Part shown: positions 25,686 through 40,533 of the stretch, piece by piece
Layout: the number at the start of each line of letters is the position of its first letter
How positions within the stretch are numbered: position 1 is the stretch's first letter
Source of the DNA: Paraphysomonas bandaiensis
Taxonomy: Eukaryota; Protista; Chrysophyceae
DNA length: 64,000 nt
Direction of reading: 5' to 3'
Assembly: GCA_965644295.1 (NCBI GenBank)
Contig: CBFFRP010000434.1
Coordinates: 1-64,000, forward strand
Notes under the pieces: generated by a model
The model's database searches: none
What the model saw: only the letters and a program-made list of their open reading frames with translations
Told to the model about the DNA's origin: nothing
Program-made: the position numbers and the translations under genes

Positions 25686-27002
25686 GAAGTGTCGTTCATG
25701 GTCGAGTTTTGAATGTTTATGTTTATGATGTTTTTGTAGATGTGGTGATGAGCTCTTGTATTAGCAACAATGCTATTGTAGGCCCGATGGTCCGGTATCT
25801 GTTCCGGCAAGTTGTTGCTTTCGAGAACAAGTGGAGTTGTTTGCTTTTTGAATATTTTAACTCTGTCTATTATGTTAGTCTCCCCTGTATTTTTGGTAAA
25901 TTAAGTAGTTTCAAAATCCCATTCGTGAGATATTGTCGCCCAATGACATGGAAATTTTTAGCAAATGCCAAGCTATTTCCTGTTGCCATGATCTGCTAGT
26001 AGTTGTATGTCATCGCATTAAGAATACCTTATACAGTTACCCATGAATAACTTAGTTTAACTCTATGCATTTACTACAATGATGTGGGTTACGTGTTGTT
26101 TGAACACGGTACTGTAGCAGAAAGTAATGCAGTTTACGGTTCACGATAATAGTGGCATAGTAGTGTAATGCATTGACTATAAGTTACAAACTAGAAACTA
26201 AAATATCATGTCTACACAGGATATTTTAGGTTTGGAGAAACAGTGAAAGCCCAGGTAATACGATTTAATATACTTCCTTTTGATCGCGAATTCTAAGTAG
26301 TTGTTGGAAAGGCTTTGACCTGGAAGAGAATATGAATTAAACGCTAATCACTTTCATCATTGAACATCTTGCTTCACTCAATGGTGAATAGCGCAGCTAT
26401 AGGTAATGTGAGTGGCATTTCTTAGTGAGTTAACTTACACTTTGGATCATTGTAATGTGAATAGACTATAGAGTTTGTTTGAAGTCCTGGTAGTTAGGTA
26501 TATTAGGTCACAGCAGTCATCAATGACTATCCAAATTGTCAGATAGTGGTACCCAAATGCTTAAAACGCCCTTATGCGTGTAACTACCCTGAAATGAGAG
26601 GTCGAGTGCTGTATCTGTCATGCCTATGTGTTAAAGCGGTCAGTCCCATGCCTCTGGATGGCATACGACCGTATGACAGAAATACCGGTATACGTACCTG
26701 ACCAGTGTCTCTGTGCAGCAGAGTGACCCTCCAACAGCAGAACTCCATATACAAGCAAGAAATACAGCAGTACATACTGCTGCTGTGTGTATGATATACT
26801 GTACTGTACCTATGCACATGTCCAGCAGTACATCTCGACATCAACCTGCTGTGTAGGTACGATAATATAATCACTCCCTGGCTGCCCTGCGCACTGCACT
26901 GAATCCAGCCCACCTCTTGTCCCTCTGCCCAGTTCTGTCTGCCACTCCTATATCTGGGTTGTGTTAATGCATGTTCCTGTGTGTGTAAGTGATACGGGAG
27001 AG

Positions 27003-29810
27003 ATGAGTGACACGCTCGACACTCTGCTGTTTCATATCCAGGGCATCCTCCACCCCCCCTCTACGAGGAGTCAGCATATCTGTGTTAGGAAACTATTCAA
27101 CACACTAATGCAAGTGATGTCCTCTCATAGTAATGATATCACTGCTGTGCCTGAGCTGCTAACAGTTATTGAGAGGGTTCACAGTGAGCGGGATCCTGTG
27201 GTGTTGTTCTGGCTCTATGGTATCGTCTCTCTTATAGTGCTCACACATAAGAACAATCGTCTGAACTGTTATCGTCTACTTCCAGATATTGTTACTAGTA
27301 CGTTAATGTCGTTTGCAAGCGGCGAACACACAGAAGCAGTTAGTGAGACAACTACACCATCAAAAGTATATGAGTCACCGAGAAAAATATCAACATTCCA
27401 TTCGAAAAGAAAATTTCATCGGTCTCCCCCTGAATCAGGTCTTCCGTCAAGTACTGCGACCAGCGGCTCCTCTGAGACTGAAGTAGAAGTATTCCCTGCG
27501 ACACAACGAAAGCTATTTAGTAGCAAGCGCAAGTTTGCGTCCAAGGTTGAGTCGCCCTCACTGCAAAAATCTCCCAGTTATATTAGCCAAAATCTTGGGG
27601 AAGAATATGAGGGTGTTGTAATTAGTGGCACAGATTATAATATTTGGCTAACCATACACTCTATGCTTTATGGCTGCCCAGTTAACTCGTACCCTCGTGA
27701 ATTGACTTTTCGCTCTGCTGACTTGTCTATCATTTCACTTTTCATTTCTAATCGGTATCTTCAGTACTTGATTACTGATTTGGCTTCTGAATTGCGTGAT
27801 CAGTCATATGATTCGATTCAGTCTTCTACTAGTGAGTCCGCTGCGGAGCAACCCTTGCCCGAAGGGTACAGCGGATCCATCAAATCCCGGATGTTACATA
27901 AGGCGTTGAGTAATATGCACTCGAATGGGTCTCTTGCAAGCGTTTGCTTGAAACTTTCTAATATTTTACTTGAAGCTAATCGCAACAAAACCCCTCCAGG
28001 TTAGAGTGCGATTTACTTGTATATTCTTTTATGTTTTTCTGAAACAGAGTGTATGCCTGTACGACTTGTCTCTGAGCTTTGGCTTTTGCTGGGAATTTTG
28101 GAATCAGCAACTTTCAGAAGCAAAGACATGCAGGTATTGTGGAAAGTCGATGCTTATTCCGAAGTTAATACGTGTAAGCAGCAGTATTTGTCCCAGCCGA
28201 TCGGTATTCTTGACTCTGCAGCTCGTCAGATCTGTGGAGGGCCAAAGCACTCCGTCGTCAGTAAAGAGCACTTTCCGAGCATTCTAGTTGACATTTGTAG
28301 ATATGCAATGCCGGTGGTACTGAGTGAATTGAAACAGCAATGCTTAGATTTAACGTGTAATGCTTCCATAGCTTCTGTTCGAAAAGATGTTGGTACTTCA
28401 TCAGATGGAAATTCTTCTGGATCAACGACAACCTTTTCCTTGCAATGCCTTCTGCCAGATGTGCATGCCCTCAATGCCGGCACTCATGCCATGCTATGGA
28501 CAGAAGGAAATGATGTTGATACGAATATGAGTGCAACACTGTCTTATCGAGCTAAGGATGCAAGTGCTTTTGACTATAGCAGCTCTGATGAATGTCACGC
28601 GCATAAAAAACGAAAGAAATGTTGGGTGAAAGGTGCTGATGCATTTGATACGATGTCAAGGCATGGTGAGAATGGAAGTTCGACAGGGCCAGTGGGACTG
28701 CATGATGTTTGGCTAGAGTGTTTAAAGCTGTTGGTCAATCTAACGCATCGCAGCCGACATTGTTTAGATTGCTTGGTTAATTCCGGTGTTATAGAAATCA
28801 TTCGGTCATCTTTGGAAGAGTTTTCAGCGCTGAGAGCAGCCAGAATGGAAACTAAACGTGCGCTCGCAAGAGATCAGGACATTGGCTCGGACTTCTCGTC
28901 AGAAAAAAAATCTATCGTGCTAGATGTATGTACATGCGCTAGCATTAGCAATATATCTAACTGTATGTGTATTGCATTTTGTCCATCTCTAACGCTTTTT
29001 GTGAATGTGCAGAAATTTATTTTTGACGGGACATTGTATCTGCTTACGCTGTTAACAAATTTAGTTGAAGTTATCCCCAAAGAGAACATTCTGTACAGTG
29101 AAAAAGAAGTAGACACTGTCGTTGACAAGGTCCATGCCTCAAAACGTGCTGCGTTGGAAAGACTACTACGTACCAGTGAGAACTGTGATGACACCATATC
29201 CGGAAGTCAGCAATTGGTGGCGCCCAGATGTGGTGGGAACGTGGATACCGTAGGAGCACTTCTACTGAGGATTCTCAGCACTGAAACGGATCACTTATTA
29301 GAAGATTTTGAGAAGACTGATGCTGTGATGTTTGTTGGATCATGTCGTCAGGAGCAGACAGACAAACGCGTTCCTACAGCTTGTATTGAAAGTGCCACGC
29401 AGAAAGGTGATAACTCATCGCTACCCATAGATGAGATTGTGTTGGCGACTCATGCTTGCTTGCTGATTTGCACATTGCGTGATGCTACTGATTATTATGG
29501 TTTGTATCAAATGAATGAAAATTCTGAAACATCAGTGTGCGATAACTCATTTGTAATGAAACAACATGAATATAAGTGTATCCAACTCGAACTGAATGCT
29601 TTGAAGAATATATCAACTTTTTTGCCACGACAATCATGGTGGCTGCCCTTACGAGTTCTGAAGGCATATTTATCACTACAGGATGGTGTAAGTACCTTGA
29701 ATGTGATGTTTGTTGAAGTGATGTGTATACGTTTACAGACTAATATGATTATTCATGAAAATACTCTCCCGATCGTATCGACTATTCATATGCTGGAAAA
29801 AAATAATTGA
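27003..29810 (+). CDS. WAPL: WAPL cohesin release factor (WAPL domain, multi-exon)
   Basis: ECLKLLVNLTH, LLTLLTNLVE, IVLATHACLLICTL, LP..SWWLPLRVLKAYLSL and IVSTIHMLE follow the order of conserved WAPL helical motifs. Confidence 0.72.
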
Positions 29811-30744
29811 TGTACATACCATTTGGACCACTTGTTAGTATTATGTATAATGTACATTCTTCGTTGATCGTTCTTTTTGAGTATATTAACTGGTGTAATT
29901 GGAGAATAGATTGTAGGAATCGGTAACAAATTTATGCTGTGCCTTTTACGTTAAAGAGTGATTTTCCATTGCGTATTAAATGAACTCGATATGTACACAT
30001 ACATCAACGAGTATAGGCCTTCCCATTGCAGAGTAATTTCTTCTGATATTGTGATTCACTCTTGCTTATGCCATTTCTCCCTGTTAAAGTGCAGTCTAAG
30101 GTCTAAGCTTATTTAGTTGCCAATAGTTTATCGGTATTCACCACTTCACCACCAGTAGGTACTCACACAGCAATTGAATACCGCAATTTCTTAGTAGGTA
30201 TAAGTAGGTGAACAGTATACAACTATAACAATAGGAGAAAATAATATGTTGACAAGGAGAATGATAATACAGATATCGTGTGATCATAAATATTAGTTTT
30301 TATGCTCTATGGGTTTTGGTGACTGTTGTTATGCAGCAAAGATGAAGTTAAATAACGTCATAATTTGACCTAGTCTTATTATAGTGTTTCTTCAGTTCTC
30401 CCACCCTACAAATATTTTGAAAATTAAAAATAGTCGTAAGTCGCCGAGTTCTGCTGTACAATTGAAGATCTGTGCTACAAAAAAATCTTACTTTTGTAAA
30501 ATGTATGTTACTCCAGGTAGTCCTATTTGAGAAGCATCTCCCGCTCTGTTCTAGGCTCTCAACAAAGTCAGACTCGCACCTTTTCGTGGTGTTCTGAGGG
30601 ATAAATACATAAATACCGGTAATATTTCTTCGGGAAACTAATATGAGCCGCAAACATGGACAGCAGTTAATTTTCTGCCCACTCATAGCTAACAAATGCT
30701 TACGTGGTACAAGGAACACTACTAGGTGCCACCTTTGTATACAT

Positions 30745-31059
30745 CATTGAGCCCTGACGAATAAGCAGGCATCCGGGAATGGGCCCACCTCGAGGGCATC
30801 CGGGGTATTGGGCTGTCTGCTGAAGTCAAACATCTGGGCTGTTCACCTTATGAGCTCAAAATCCTGTGTTCAGCAGATGTCTGGTATATTGACATTCTGC
30901 ATGCTCACTGCGTTTGCTATGGGTGATAGAGCGATAGTGGTTGTACCCTGGTGCTTGCGGTGACGCACAAGCAGCTTTCGTAGCGTTACAAAGTAGCTAG
31001 GATATTAGAGTTAAGCGCTGACTCTTAAACGCCTATTGCGAATAATAAGGCATTCACTA
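30745..31059 (-). repeat. Repeat family A, copy 2
   Basis: GGCATCCGGGGTATTGG...CTGCATGCTCACTGCGTTTGC...GACTCTTAAACGCCTATTGCGAATAATAAGGCATTCACTA. Confidence 0.8.
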
Positions 31060-31270
31060 CTTCGTTCTAGGCAGTTATGAAAGCATTTATATCATATATT
31101 TCTATTATTGTCACGAACCACATTTTCATTATTGTCAAGAATTTTTTTCATGTACTTATAGTAGCTACAGCACGCTGGTTCTTAAGATTGTCACCATACG
31201 TATAAATGACAGACCAAATGTTTATATCTGCAAATTAAATTAAATTAATTAATAAACACTTCGCTCAAAG

Positions 31271-34120
31271 CTAATTGGAAGCAACAGATGCAGAACCACT
31301 TTCCATTTGTTGAATTGCCTCGGAAACTTTTTTCCTCATACATTCATTTGGGCATTGCACAACTGCATGGTGTGTGTGCTGGCCTCTACTAACAGCCCAA
31401 TGGATATACACATACGCTTCCGCTGGTACATCTAACTGACTAGATAACTTGTCACTACGAACTATCAATCGTAATCCATTCCGACCAATTTTAACATCAC
31501 TAAAGTCTCCACCACATTCATCTCGTAAATAGCTTTGGATTTTCTCCAGCTTAGGTCTATTCTTCTTCACTTGCTCGATATCAAATTCTTCTCCGTTTCT
31601 GATTCTCTCCCCATCTCCGTTGCTACTCGTATTAAATGCTCGACTGGGATCAATAAGTCCCAACTTCATCCTTTTCACCACAGCACAAGTCTCGGGGTCT
31701 TCAAATTCATCTGATATATCAGGCCCATGCTTATGTGCATGTCTCTTATCGCAAGACAATGCAGACGGGAGACTAGCATCCTTCCAACATGAACGGATGT
31801 AGTGCGCAGCTGAAAGAGATTGAAATATAACTCCGAGTGCGCAATCTGCTATAACATCAGCTACCGGAGAGGCAACCCATGCAACAACAATAAATTCTTT
31901 GTCTTTTTCCTCTTCAACAGAAACTTCTTCTTGAATAAGAATACTTCCTTTACTATCCTCGGATTTAATGTCGTCATCGCTGGTCGTACATGAGGACGAA
32001 TACTTAACGTCATCGAATACCTCGTGCAAACGAGGAAAGAGCATGTTGACAACGCTCACGTGGTTATGCTCACGCAACTGCAGGACCACACCCGGAAGAG
32101 GGACCACCATCCGCTGCTGTATGCGGCCAATACGACACGATGTGTGGGTTGCAATATCAGATGCCGATACAAGTTTTGATTCGAAGTCCTCCGTGACCAA
32201 CAGAGTATTGTCAGGCAGTTCAACAATTTCTTCTCCGCCTTCTGCATTACGTTCCATCTTTTCGAGCAAAGTTGCCGCCGTTTCACCTACAACATCGGCA
32301 AGGATTGGTTTACTAAACGTAAGGGAAACAGGTTGTCCATTTTTTGGCATCACAACAGGAGGTGTGTGTGTCGAATCCGGCCACGATCGAGCTATGTCCT
32401 TGTCCAATTCACCCTTCAGTCGTCCCATCTCAATTGGCTCTCCGTGAACCAACAAAATATTATCTGGAACAACGGAACGGATAAACCTACCAAAAAATAT
32501 ATGATTGTGAGCTAGTTTAACGATCATGAAAAAGAAGTAGTATTACCGTGAGTTCTGAATATAGTCAACGTGAGCGCTAAACGAAATGTACTCAATCGAG
32601 CAATTTCGCTTCTTTATGCGCCCATCTAGGCAGGTAATCTCTTCAGGCTCAGAGAGCAGCTTTTTGGCAAGCGTGCCTTCTACAGAGTACCCAGCGAGCA
32701 CAACGCCATTCCTCTCGTCTTCACACCATCGCTCAAAAAGCTCGCGACTTACTCCGCTTTGAAGCATGCCTGGTGATGCCATCACAACGCAAGGCATAGG
32801 GTTGTGAATTAGAGTATCCGTGTTTTTCATATTCTCGATGTAGTTGAAGTGAAACGGATTTCCAATATCCATAAGGGCCTAGTGAACACACAACAATCAG
32901 TATATGAATCTCAAATAAAATGATGTGGCACAAGACGCAGTGACGAAATGTTATGTCACCTGGATGTGTAGGTTCATCATATTAACAAAAGTCTGATACA
33001 CCCTCAGCGCCTTGGATGCCACGCGAGATGCATAGAATATGGGAACCTGTAGAATCCGCATTACGGTACTCGATTATACAGAGGCGGAGAGCACTCATAC
33101 AGACAGAACTTAGCAATTATACAGCAAAACAAACCTGCTGAAGGTCTGGAGCAGCACGCCAAAACTCATCCAAGATAAGCAACAGCTCTTGGGCTCTACC
33201 AGTAGCAAACACGGGTATTAGACAGTTACCCCCACGGCGCACGATTTCCGAAACGGTAGATGTGAACCGGGACTCTCTCTCGGCACGACTTGAGTGATTT
33301 ATTGTTCCATATGTGGACTCCACTATTAGAACATCTGCATGATCTGGTGGAACTTCGGCGGGCATTAGGTGTCTGCATGGAGTGTAAAAAGTACAGAGAG
33401 TGAGCCTTAATTAGGAGAAAATAGCGCAAAAACATGTATGCTTACCTATCTTCCTCCATTGAGTAGTCACCAGTATATAGCACTACCACACCGTCTATAC
33501 TTATAGTAAACATGGCCGCACCAAGTACGTGTCCTGCTACATACGCACAAAATTTGATGCCTTTGTGTTCCACTGTCCGATGGTAGTCCAGAACCTCGAT
33601 CTTATCAATACAGTTCAACAAGTCAGCATCTGTATATAGAGCACCAGAGCGAGAAGAGCCCAGCAATTTCAGGGTGTCGGAGACCAAGATGCGCATAACA
33701 GCTTTGGTTGCATGAGTCATAAATATCCTTCCCTGCAAAGACTCCTCAGCAAAATATGCAACAGTGACGAAATATCATGATACTCACCTTGAAATTCGTC
33801 TTTTCGGTAAAGTACGGTAGAGATGCGCAGTGATCGATATGAAAGTGAGTGATGAGGATGAGGTCCACTTCATCCGGTTCTACCATATCAAAAAAAGGAA
33901 ATGAATCCATGCCTTCTCTCCCTGGATGACTGCCGCAGTCCAGTAGGATTGTTCTGCCTCTATACTTCAGAAGAAGACAGCTCCGACCCACCTCTTGACC
34001 GCCTTAACAATCACATGAGTGGCGCGCATGTCATAGCTCTCTATTATACTTACCTCCCAGAGGCATTATCACCATCCTCTCCTCCGTCACCGCATCCTCG
34101 TGCTGGGGATAGGAGCTCAT
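31271..34120 (-). CDS. CPSF3: CPSF73/Ysh1 3'-processing endonuclease (multi-exon)
   Basis: MPLG|[69 protein letters not shown]. Confidence 0.97.
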
Positions 34121-34244
34121 CACGGATATAATTAACTTAAATGATGTGCAGCGGGTGTGTAGGATAAACGTGGAGTCTTACAAGACGGTGCTGGACAAGG
34201 ATTGCCTGCATATACACATACATAACATACATGCGTGGTGAGCT

Positions 34245-34534
34245 ATACACATACATACATACATACATACATACATACATACATACATACATACATACAT
34301 ACATACATACATACATACATACATACATACATACATACATACATACATACATACATACATACATACATACATACATACATACATACATACATACATACAT
34401 ACATACATACATACATACATACATACATACATACATACATACATACATACATACATACATACATACATACATACATACATACATACATACATACATACAT
34501 ACATACATACATACATACATACATACATACATAC
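34245..34534 (-). repeat. (CATA)n microsatellite, ~0.3 kb
   Basis: Direct observation; lies between the divergent CPSF3 and 34890 genes. Confidence 0.97.
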
Positions 34535-34889
34535 ACACATACAACATACTCACATACACACACTATACTTCTTGTGTAGACACTGTACCGTATACTCAGA
34601 ATACGGTGTACTGTTTACAAGTAACGAATAGTTTTGTTGCTATACTCTTCTATGGCATCTAATTGGCTGTGTTGTTGCTAGGTGAGCTTATGTAACTGTG
34701 ACCGGAGCAGTGTATGTATGTATATATGTATGGTATACTTACTGAAGTGTGCATACAGTTATATTGCACTCTGTGTATGTGCTGCTCTGATAGCACACTG
34801 ATCCATATCATAATATACATACCATACGCAGCTGAGTATCTTATTAACACAACTCCGTGTAGGGGTGACAGTGCGTATATATACCGCAG

Positions 34890-37800
34890 ATGTCTCTGCT
34901 TCAGAGGGAGCTCGTAACTAAGCTTAAGAGCGTGCTATCCGCTCATGGCATCACTCTCTCTCTGACCCCCCTCATAAATGACGAGAGAGATCTGAAGTAC
35001 AACAGACAAACCGCTATTTATAAGGTCCCTCTCACGGACTCTAATGTGGACTCGCTTGAATTGATGTGTTTGTTATCGAAAGAGGCGCATCAGTACTCCT
35101 CACAGTTTCAGGAGCTCATCGAAGACGTTGTCGACTTCCCCACACATGCGTTACCTATTCTTGAATGTTATCTAGACATACCAGTGGAAGAAAAGGAATG
35201 TTTTTTTTACATGCGCATCCCCTTTGGAAGCAAAGAGGACAAGTCATCAGCTACCACGTTGTGTGAACACATCGCATGCGGGAGATGGATTTCTGAGAAG
35301 CTTATGATGCGGTGGGCTGTTCAGCTCCTGCGAATGCTTACTTACGCACACCGAAATTTTCTTAGCTTCCCTGAATTTGATTCTCGGGACATTTATATAG
35401 TATCTGATGAGCTGGTATTAACATCTTGCAAACTTCAAACCAAGACAATGGTTGCCCGTGTGCAGCGTGAAGAAGAGGCTGCCCGAAAGGCCCGCATTGC
35501 AGCAAGGGCCCTGAGGTCATCACAGGGACAGCAATCGGAAGATAAGACTGATGATGACAGCACTATTCCAACTGTTTCCACTGATGTTGCTGCTGACAAT
35601 GTAATAACGAACTCCAACCCCAACCCAGTTACAGTTTCCCCTATAAAGTTTCCTCCTCTGAAGAGTCGAACCGCAAGAGCTGTGCCCATTCCTGGAGTTC
35701 CTGTATCTGGACTACCAGCAGCCATTCCATTTGTTGAAGAAGAAAAGAGTGTACCAGTTAAAGACACAGAGTTAACGAAATCTGATGAGGAAAACGTTTG
35801 TTCAGGTTTACAAGTGAAGCGGCTAGTTCCTGCCCCTCGACGGGATGCATGGATATGGATTCCCCTATCTAATTACGAGACAGTGGAGGTGGAGACGATA
35901 CCACTGAACAATGGTATGGACACACTCTCTACCGTTACGGGTTTGTCAACCATGTCATCTGCATTCTGTGAGGACACCTTGCCCACTGACCTCTCACCGT
36001 CCTCTCCGACAAGCGGGGATAGGCTCCGACTGCCGCCCATATATCGTACGCAAGAAGTGGAAGCGATTGGTGTGGAGGCATTAACATCGGCTGAGGTGGC
36101 AAAGAAGAAAAGAGAAGAGATATTGCGTCGTGAGGCTTCGGAAGAATCACTAAGAACTGTAAAGTCGAAAAGAAAGCACGACACACCTGTAAATTTCAGG
36201 TGGCTTTGCAGTCACTTAGTGACCGCTGGAAAGTGTTTAAATGACACTATGTTCGAAAAGTTGTGTGTCGTTTTCAGGTAAACACCCTGCCAGTTTGTGT
36301 TTGTTGCTTAATTTAAATTAATAGTGAAGGGAGTCCTGATATTGCGTCCAAATGTCGAGAACAGTACGCAGCATTCACAAGAGCTGTTTACTCCGACTTG
36401 AGGTCTGTTGGCTACATTCTAGTTGAAGCGTATCTTCGCCGACCGTTAACTACAGTCGAACGTGAAAACTTTCGGCGATTGACATTTACTTATGATGACA
36501 TGATGAGGACGTATGATATCACGAGACTGACTAAAGGAATGAGACGACTGTTGCAACTGTGCTTTACGCACCTCCCAGATCCACTTGTTATCGAAACCCA
36601 AGCAGAGCGCCCTCAGGGATGTAGAGAACTGAGGGCACCATGCTTACGTCAAATTGAGGAAATCTTGGAAGCTATTACTGACGAATTTTGGAATATGGGT
36701 GGTATCGATACACGAGAAGGGGCACTGGGGAATGTGAATCCTCCTCTGTGGACAAAGGAAGACCAGGTAGGGGCTAATAAATTTTACTTTCAAGTATTGA
36801 TCAAATATTGCTGGTGTATAGGAAAGAGAGGATCTCATGAAAAAGGAGTACATCGAAGAAATGGAAGCAAAAGCGAAGAAAGGGATTGTGCAGGCGCATC
36901 AACGGAATATCAAACATAAGAAACAGGCAATTTATACTGCTGAACTACATATATCTCTCCGATGTAATGTTTGTTCTTGATATGCAGCTACTCTTTGATA
37001 TGTTGCCCGAAGCTGAGCAGCAGTCCATTTTAAGAAGGAGAAAGGCTCGCAGAGAGGCTAAGGCGAACGCTGCTGAAAGAAATAATCTCATTCAGCAAGC
37101 ACTCTTCCATAGATGGTATGCACTGATAAAATAGGATGCAATTTCGTGAAGTATAGATAATGCAGGAGTGTTCGCAAAATGGAGTTGTGGCTTAAAGACG
37201 CCATTAGTTCATGTATTAAAAAAAATTACTATTTAAAAAAGAGCGGTGTCCGAATGACTCTAGAGCAAAAGCATACCTACGATCGAACTGCGAAAGTGAT
37301 AGAGCATGCTATAGGTCGTATACTTGTGGCAGATCCATACGTACCACCTGTGGTCAAAGTTGAGGGTGCTCAGGCGATGCTTATGCAACTGAAAGGCAAC
37401 GAAAAAGGTGGAAAGCTGGATAAAAATCGATCTGCCAACAAGAAGGGGAAACGACAGGGATCTTCAGCCGGGGATATGTGGGATACCGGCACGTTCGATA
37501 GTCGATCACAGTCTCCTGAGCCCAGCCGTCCGGGAACCGCGTCCAGTTCACAGGAGCAAGACCTGTCATCTTCCCAGTCATTATCGAGTGTGCCAGGTAT
37601 TTGAAATGACGGTACATATGTGTGAATCTAAGTGCTTGTGTAGCTTCGATATTGGTGATGAAAGAAATGGAGGAAATGTCTTCTCTTGAAAAAGAAAAGC
37701 GATATTTGCACGCAATCGAATATGCGAGTGCAAACCTTGGACAGCTACTTGCATGGGAGTGTGATAATATTGAGTCTGCTAGTGAAGAGCAGGTTAGAAT

Positions 37801-40533
37801 GAGTTTTTCAGGATACTTGTTCATTTAATATGTCGTTGTTTCTGCAAGATTTCTGTAAGATGTGCCATCACTATTGCCAAGCACATCCGCGAATCAATTT
37901 CCCAAGCTGATGAAAAGTTAAGCAGTTCTCAAATGGCATCTTTGCTGCCACCACTACAGTTCAAAGAAAAGCTCCTTGTAACAGCTTCCAAGATATTGTG
38001 TATGTGTTGCATGCTATTTGATCTGTTTTAAGTGGAGGTATTTCTAGGCAACTGGAATCTTCTGCATAATTGTAGCACTAGGTTTGCACAGAAGATCAGC
38101 ATGCGAGAAAAGAGCTGGATTGCACAAGTACGTAGAGATTGCATGATGTGTTTTTCTTTGACCTTTGTTTAGGTAGTGCATTGCTTAACTTTTGCAATGG
38201 TCGTGAAGTACTCTGCGGATGAGAGGCTCAGACACAAGGGTGAAGAAATCGCCGCCAGCCGTATACAAGGTATTTTTCACGGCTTATTCAATGTACAGGC
38301 AACTCAGAGCTTACCTGACTGCAGCGTTCGCAAAGGGTTACTCTGTACGCCGCAAAATGAAACTGGTGTGGAAGCAAGCTAATGAGCAATTCGAACTTGA
38401 GCAGCAACGCAAGGCCTCTCGATTGGCTGAGCTGGAGACTATGAACGATATGAAAATAAAGGCGTCGATAAAGGGTATTGAGTCGGATGGTGATATTTCG
38501 GAGAAGATAGATATATCAGCTGAGGAAAATGACACAAACAACTTAGCTTCTGTAACCCTTTCGAAGCCATATTCGACAAGCGCGTCAATTCATCTTAGTT
38601 TTGCCAAGGGGACACGTATCCCACGCGACGAAAATAAAAGATCACTGCAGGTTTGATAGCTGACACAAAGTGGGCGCTGTTGATATTTTGATACTAACAG
38701 ATAAAGAGCATTGGTCGTCTGTTGGCAGACCCAGGCGTCATTCCTGACTTAAATGCCACAGAGTTTGCAGACACTAACTCCATTGATGAGGTGAGCTTTG
38801 GAGTGATCGAGGTTATCATCGATGATTCAAAGCGAATACTAAGTACTCGCGGAGCCTGGGCGAATGACCCCTCAGTCCGAACTGTAGACACAATAATACA
38901 GTGGGAAGATGCGCAGAGTCGGTATAGGAGGATTCAGCTGGGCGGAACGGATGATGAGGCCGCGGGATATATAATGGTATGTGCTATATTATCTGTCTGT
39001 TATATAATTTTTGTCCAAGGTGAGTGGCCTTGTCCCGCATAGAAAGTATAAGGTTAGAGTTATGGTTAACAAACGCTACCGCCCAAGAGATAAATCACAA
39101 AAATCGAAGAAATATGTGCAAGGACGTGATGATTTCTCCGAGGTGAAGGCTATTGCGGTGGGTGAAGTCCAATTTACAACTGACGCAGATGCACCCTGTG
39201 CACCATCCTTTCTACCTGTGGATAAAATGCGTTTCAATCACATTATTCCCGTGGATGCATCTGAGCAGAAACATGCGGGTCAAGAATACGCTCTTAGTGA
39301 GGGAATTAGCGTCGTGGACAAATTAGAAGTTTTCAAGAGTTCTTTGAAAGGAGCGTCGAAAGCAGGTAATTAGTATTGACATATAATTTGGGATTCGCAG
39401 TATTGACAGTGCTGTAGGGCCGAGGAAGTCACGCCGCACTCTGAGTTTGAGTGGTGTAAGTGGACAAGGCGAAGTTACAGAGCGACGGATATCCTGTCGG
39501 CTTAGATGGACTGTGCCTTATTGCAACGGTAGTGCTGTGACAGAATATGAAATTCAGAAAATGTAATTTTTATTTGAGTACGGCAACACCTGTAGTCATG
39601 ATGTATGTAATTTGTAGGAATCACAACGGTGGGTGGGAGTCTCTCTCTATAACACCTCAGGTGAACTACACTGACACTATTCCGGTCATTGATCGCGAAA
39701 CTGGACGAGAAAATACAATTGCGGTGTACCGCGTACGTGCTGGGAATGACTATGGGTGGTCACAATTCACCCCATCCCTTAGTGTAGACCTCATTGACAA
39801 AATTAGTCACAAATCTCCTACACGCTGCAACAGTAGTACTTCTCTCGTAGGTATGGATCGACCGCAGAACAGTGCTTGTTTATTACCGCACGGGATTATG
39901 CCCAGATCTCCAAGCGCAACAGGTAAACCGAAAATGGAGCTCTTGAATGCTGTGGGGCTAGAGGAAATGATTCAGCGGGATATGCTCAATAGCCGCCGGC
40001 CGGATTCTGATTGTGCCTCTCGACATCAGCCCGGTAGTGGAGTGCCTAAGAGTCCTACTCTAAACACAGAGAGTACTTTAGCCGGTGATACCTTAGAAGG
40101 AGTGAACAGTAGTCTGGAAGCATGGCTATGCAGACTTTCTGATGTGTGTCCTCTGGAAAGAGATGTTCAAAGAATTTCAACTCACCAACAAGGACAAGAT
40201 GGTATCACGGACGTGGATCATGTATCTGAACATTTCAACACTGCCGAGAGCGTAATGAGTCCTGTCAATCATGGGGAAATTACAGAGCCGGTGTTGGAAA
40301 AAGTTTATCGTGATTCTATGCATAGCCCTAAAAAGCTAAATTTGTCACGAAAATCGAAGGGTAAACACAGGAAACAATCCAGTGACGAAGCTGATGATGA
40401 TGACAACATTATTATGCGTCTTGCAATGGTTCATAAATCTGTAAGTGAGATAAAGGTGCCGAATATGGAGAGTGGAAAGTCCACACCGCATGTTATATTT
40501 GCTTCGAAGACCCTACCGCGGAATGTAGTGTAA
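34890..40533 (+). CDS. Large multi-exon protein: kinase-like N-terminus, IQ motif, fibronectin type III domain
   Basis: RWAVQLLRMLTYAH and SDLRSVGYILVE resemble kinase helices E and F; spliced AASRIQ|AFAKGYSVRRK is an IQ motif; LRWTVPYCNGSAVTEYEIQ...YRVRAGNDYGWS is FN3. Confidence 0.7.

Noticed and set aside
30750-30830. CTGACGA as a hammerhead ribozyme core in repeat family A
   Set aside because: No suitably placed GAAA or helix II, and the motif is not conserved in the other copies
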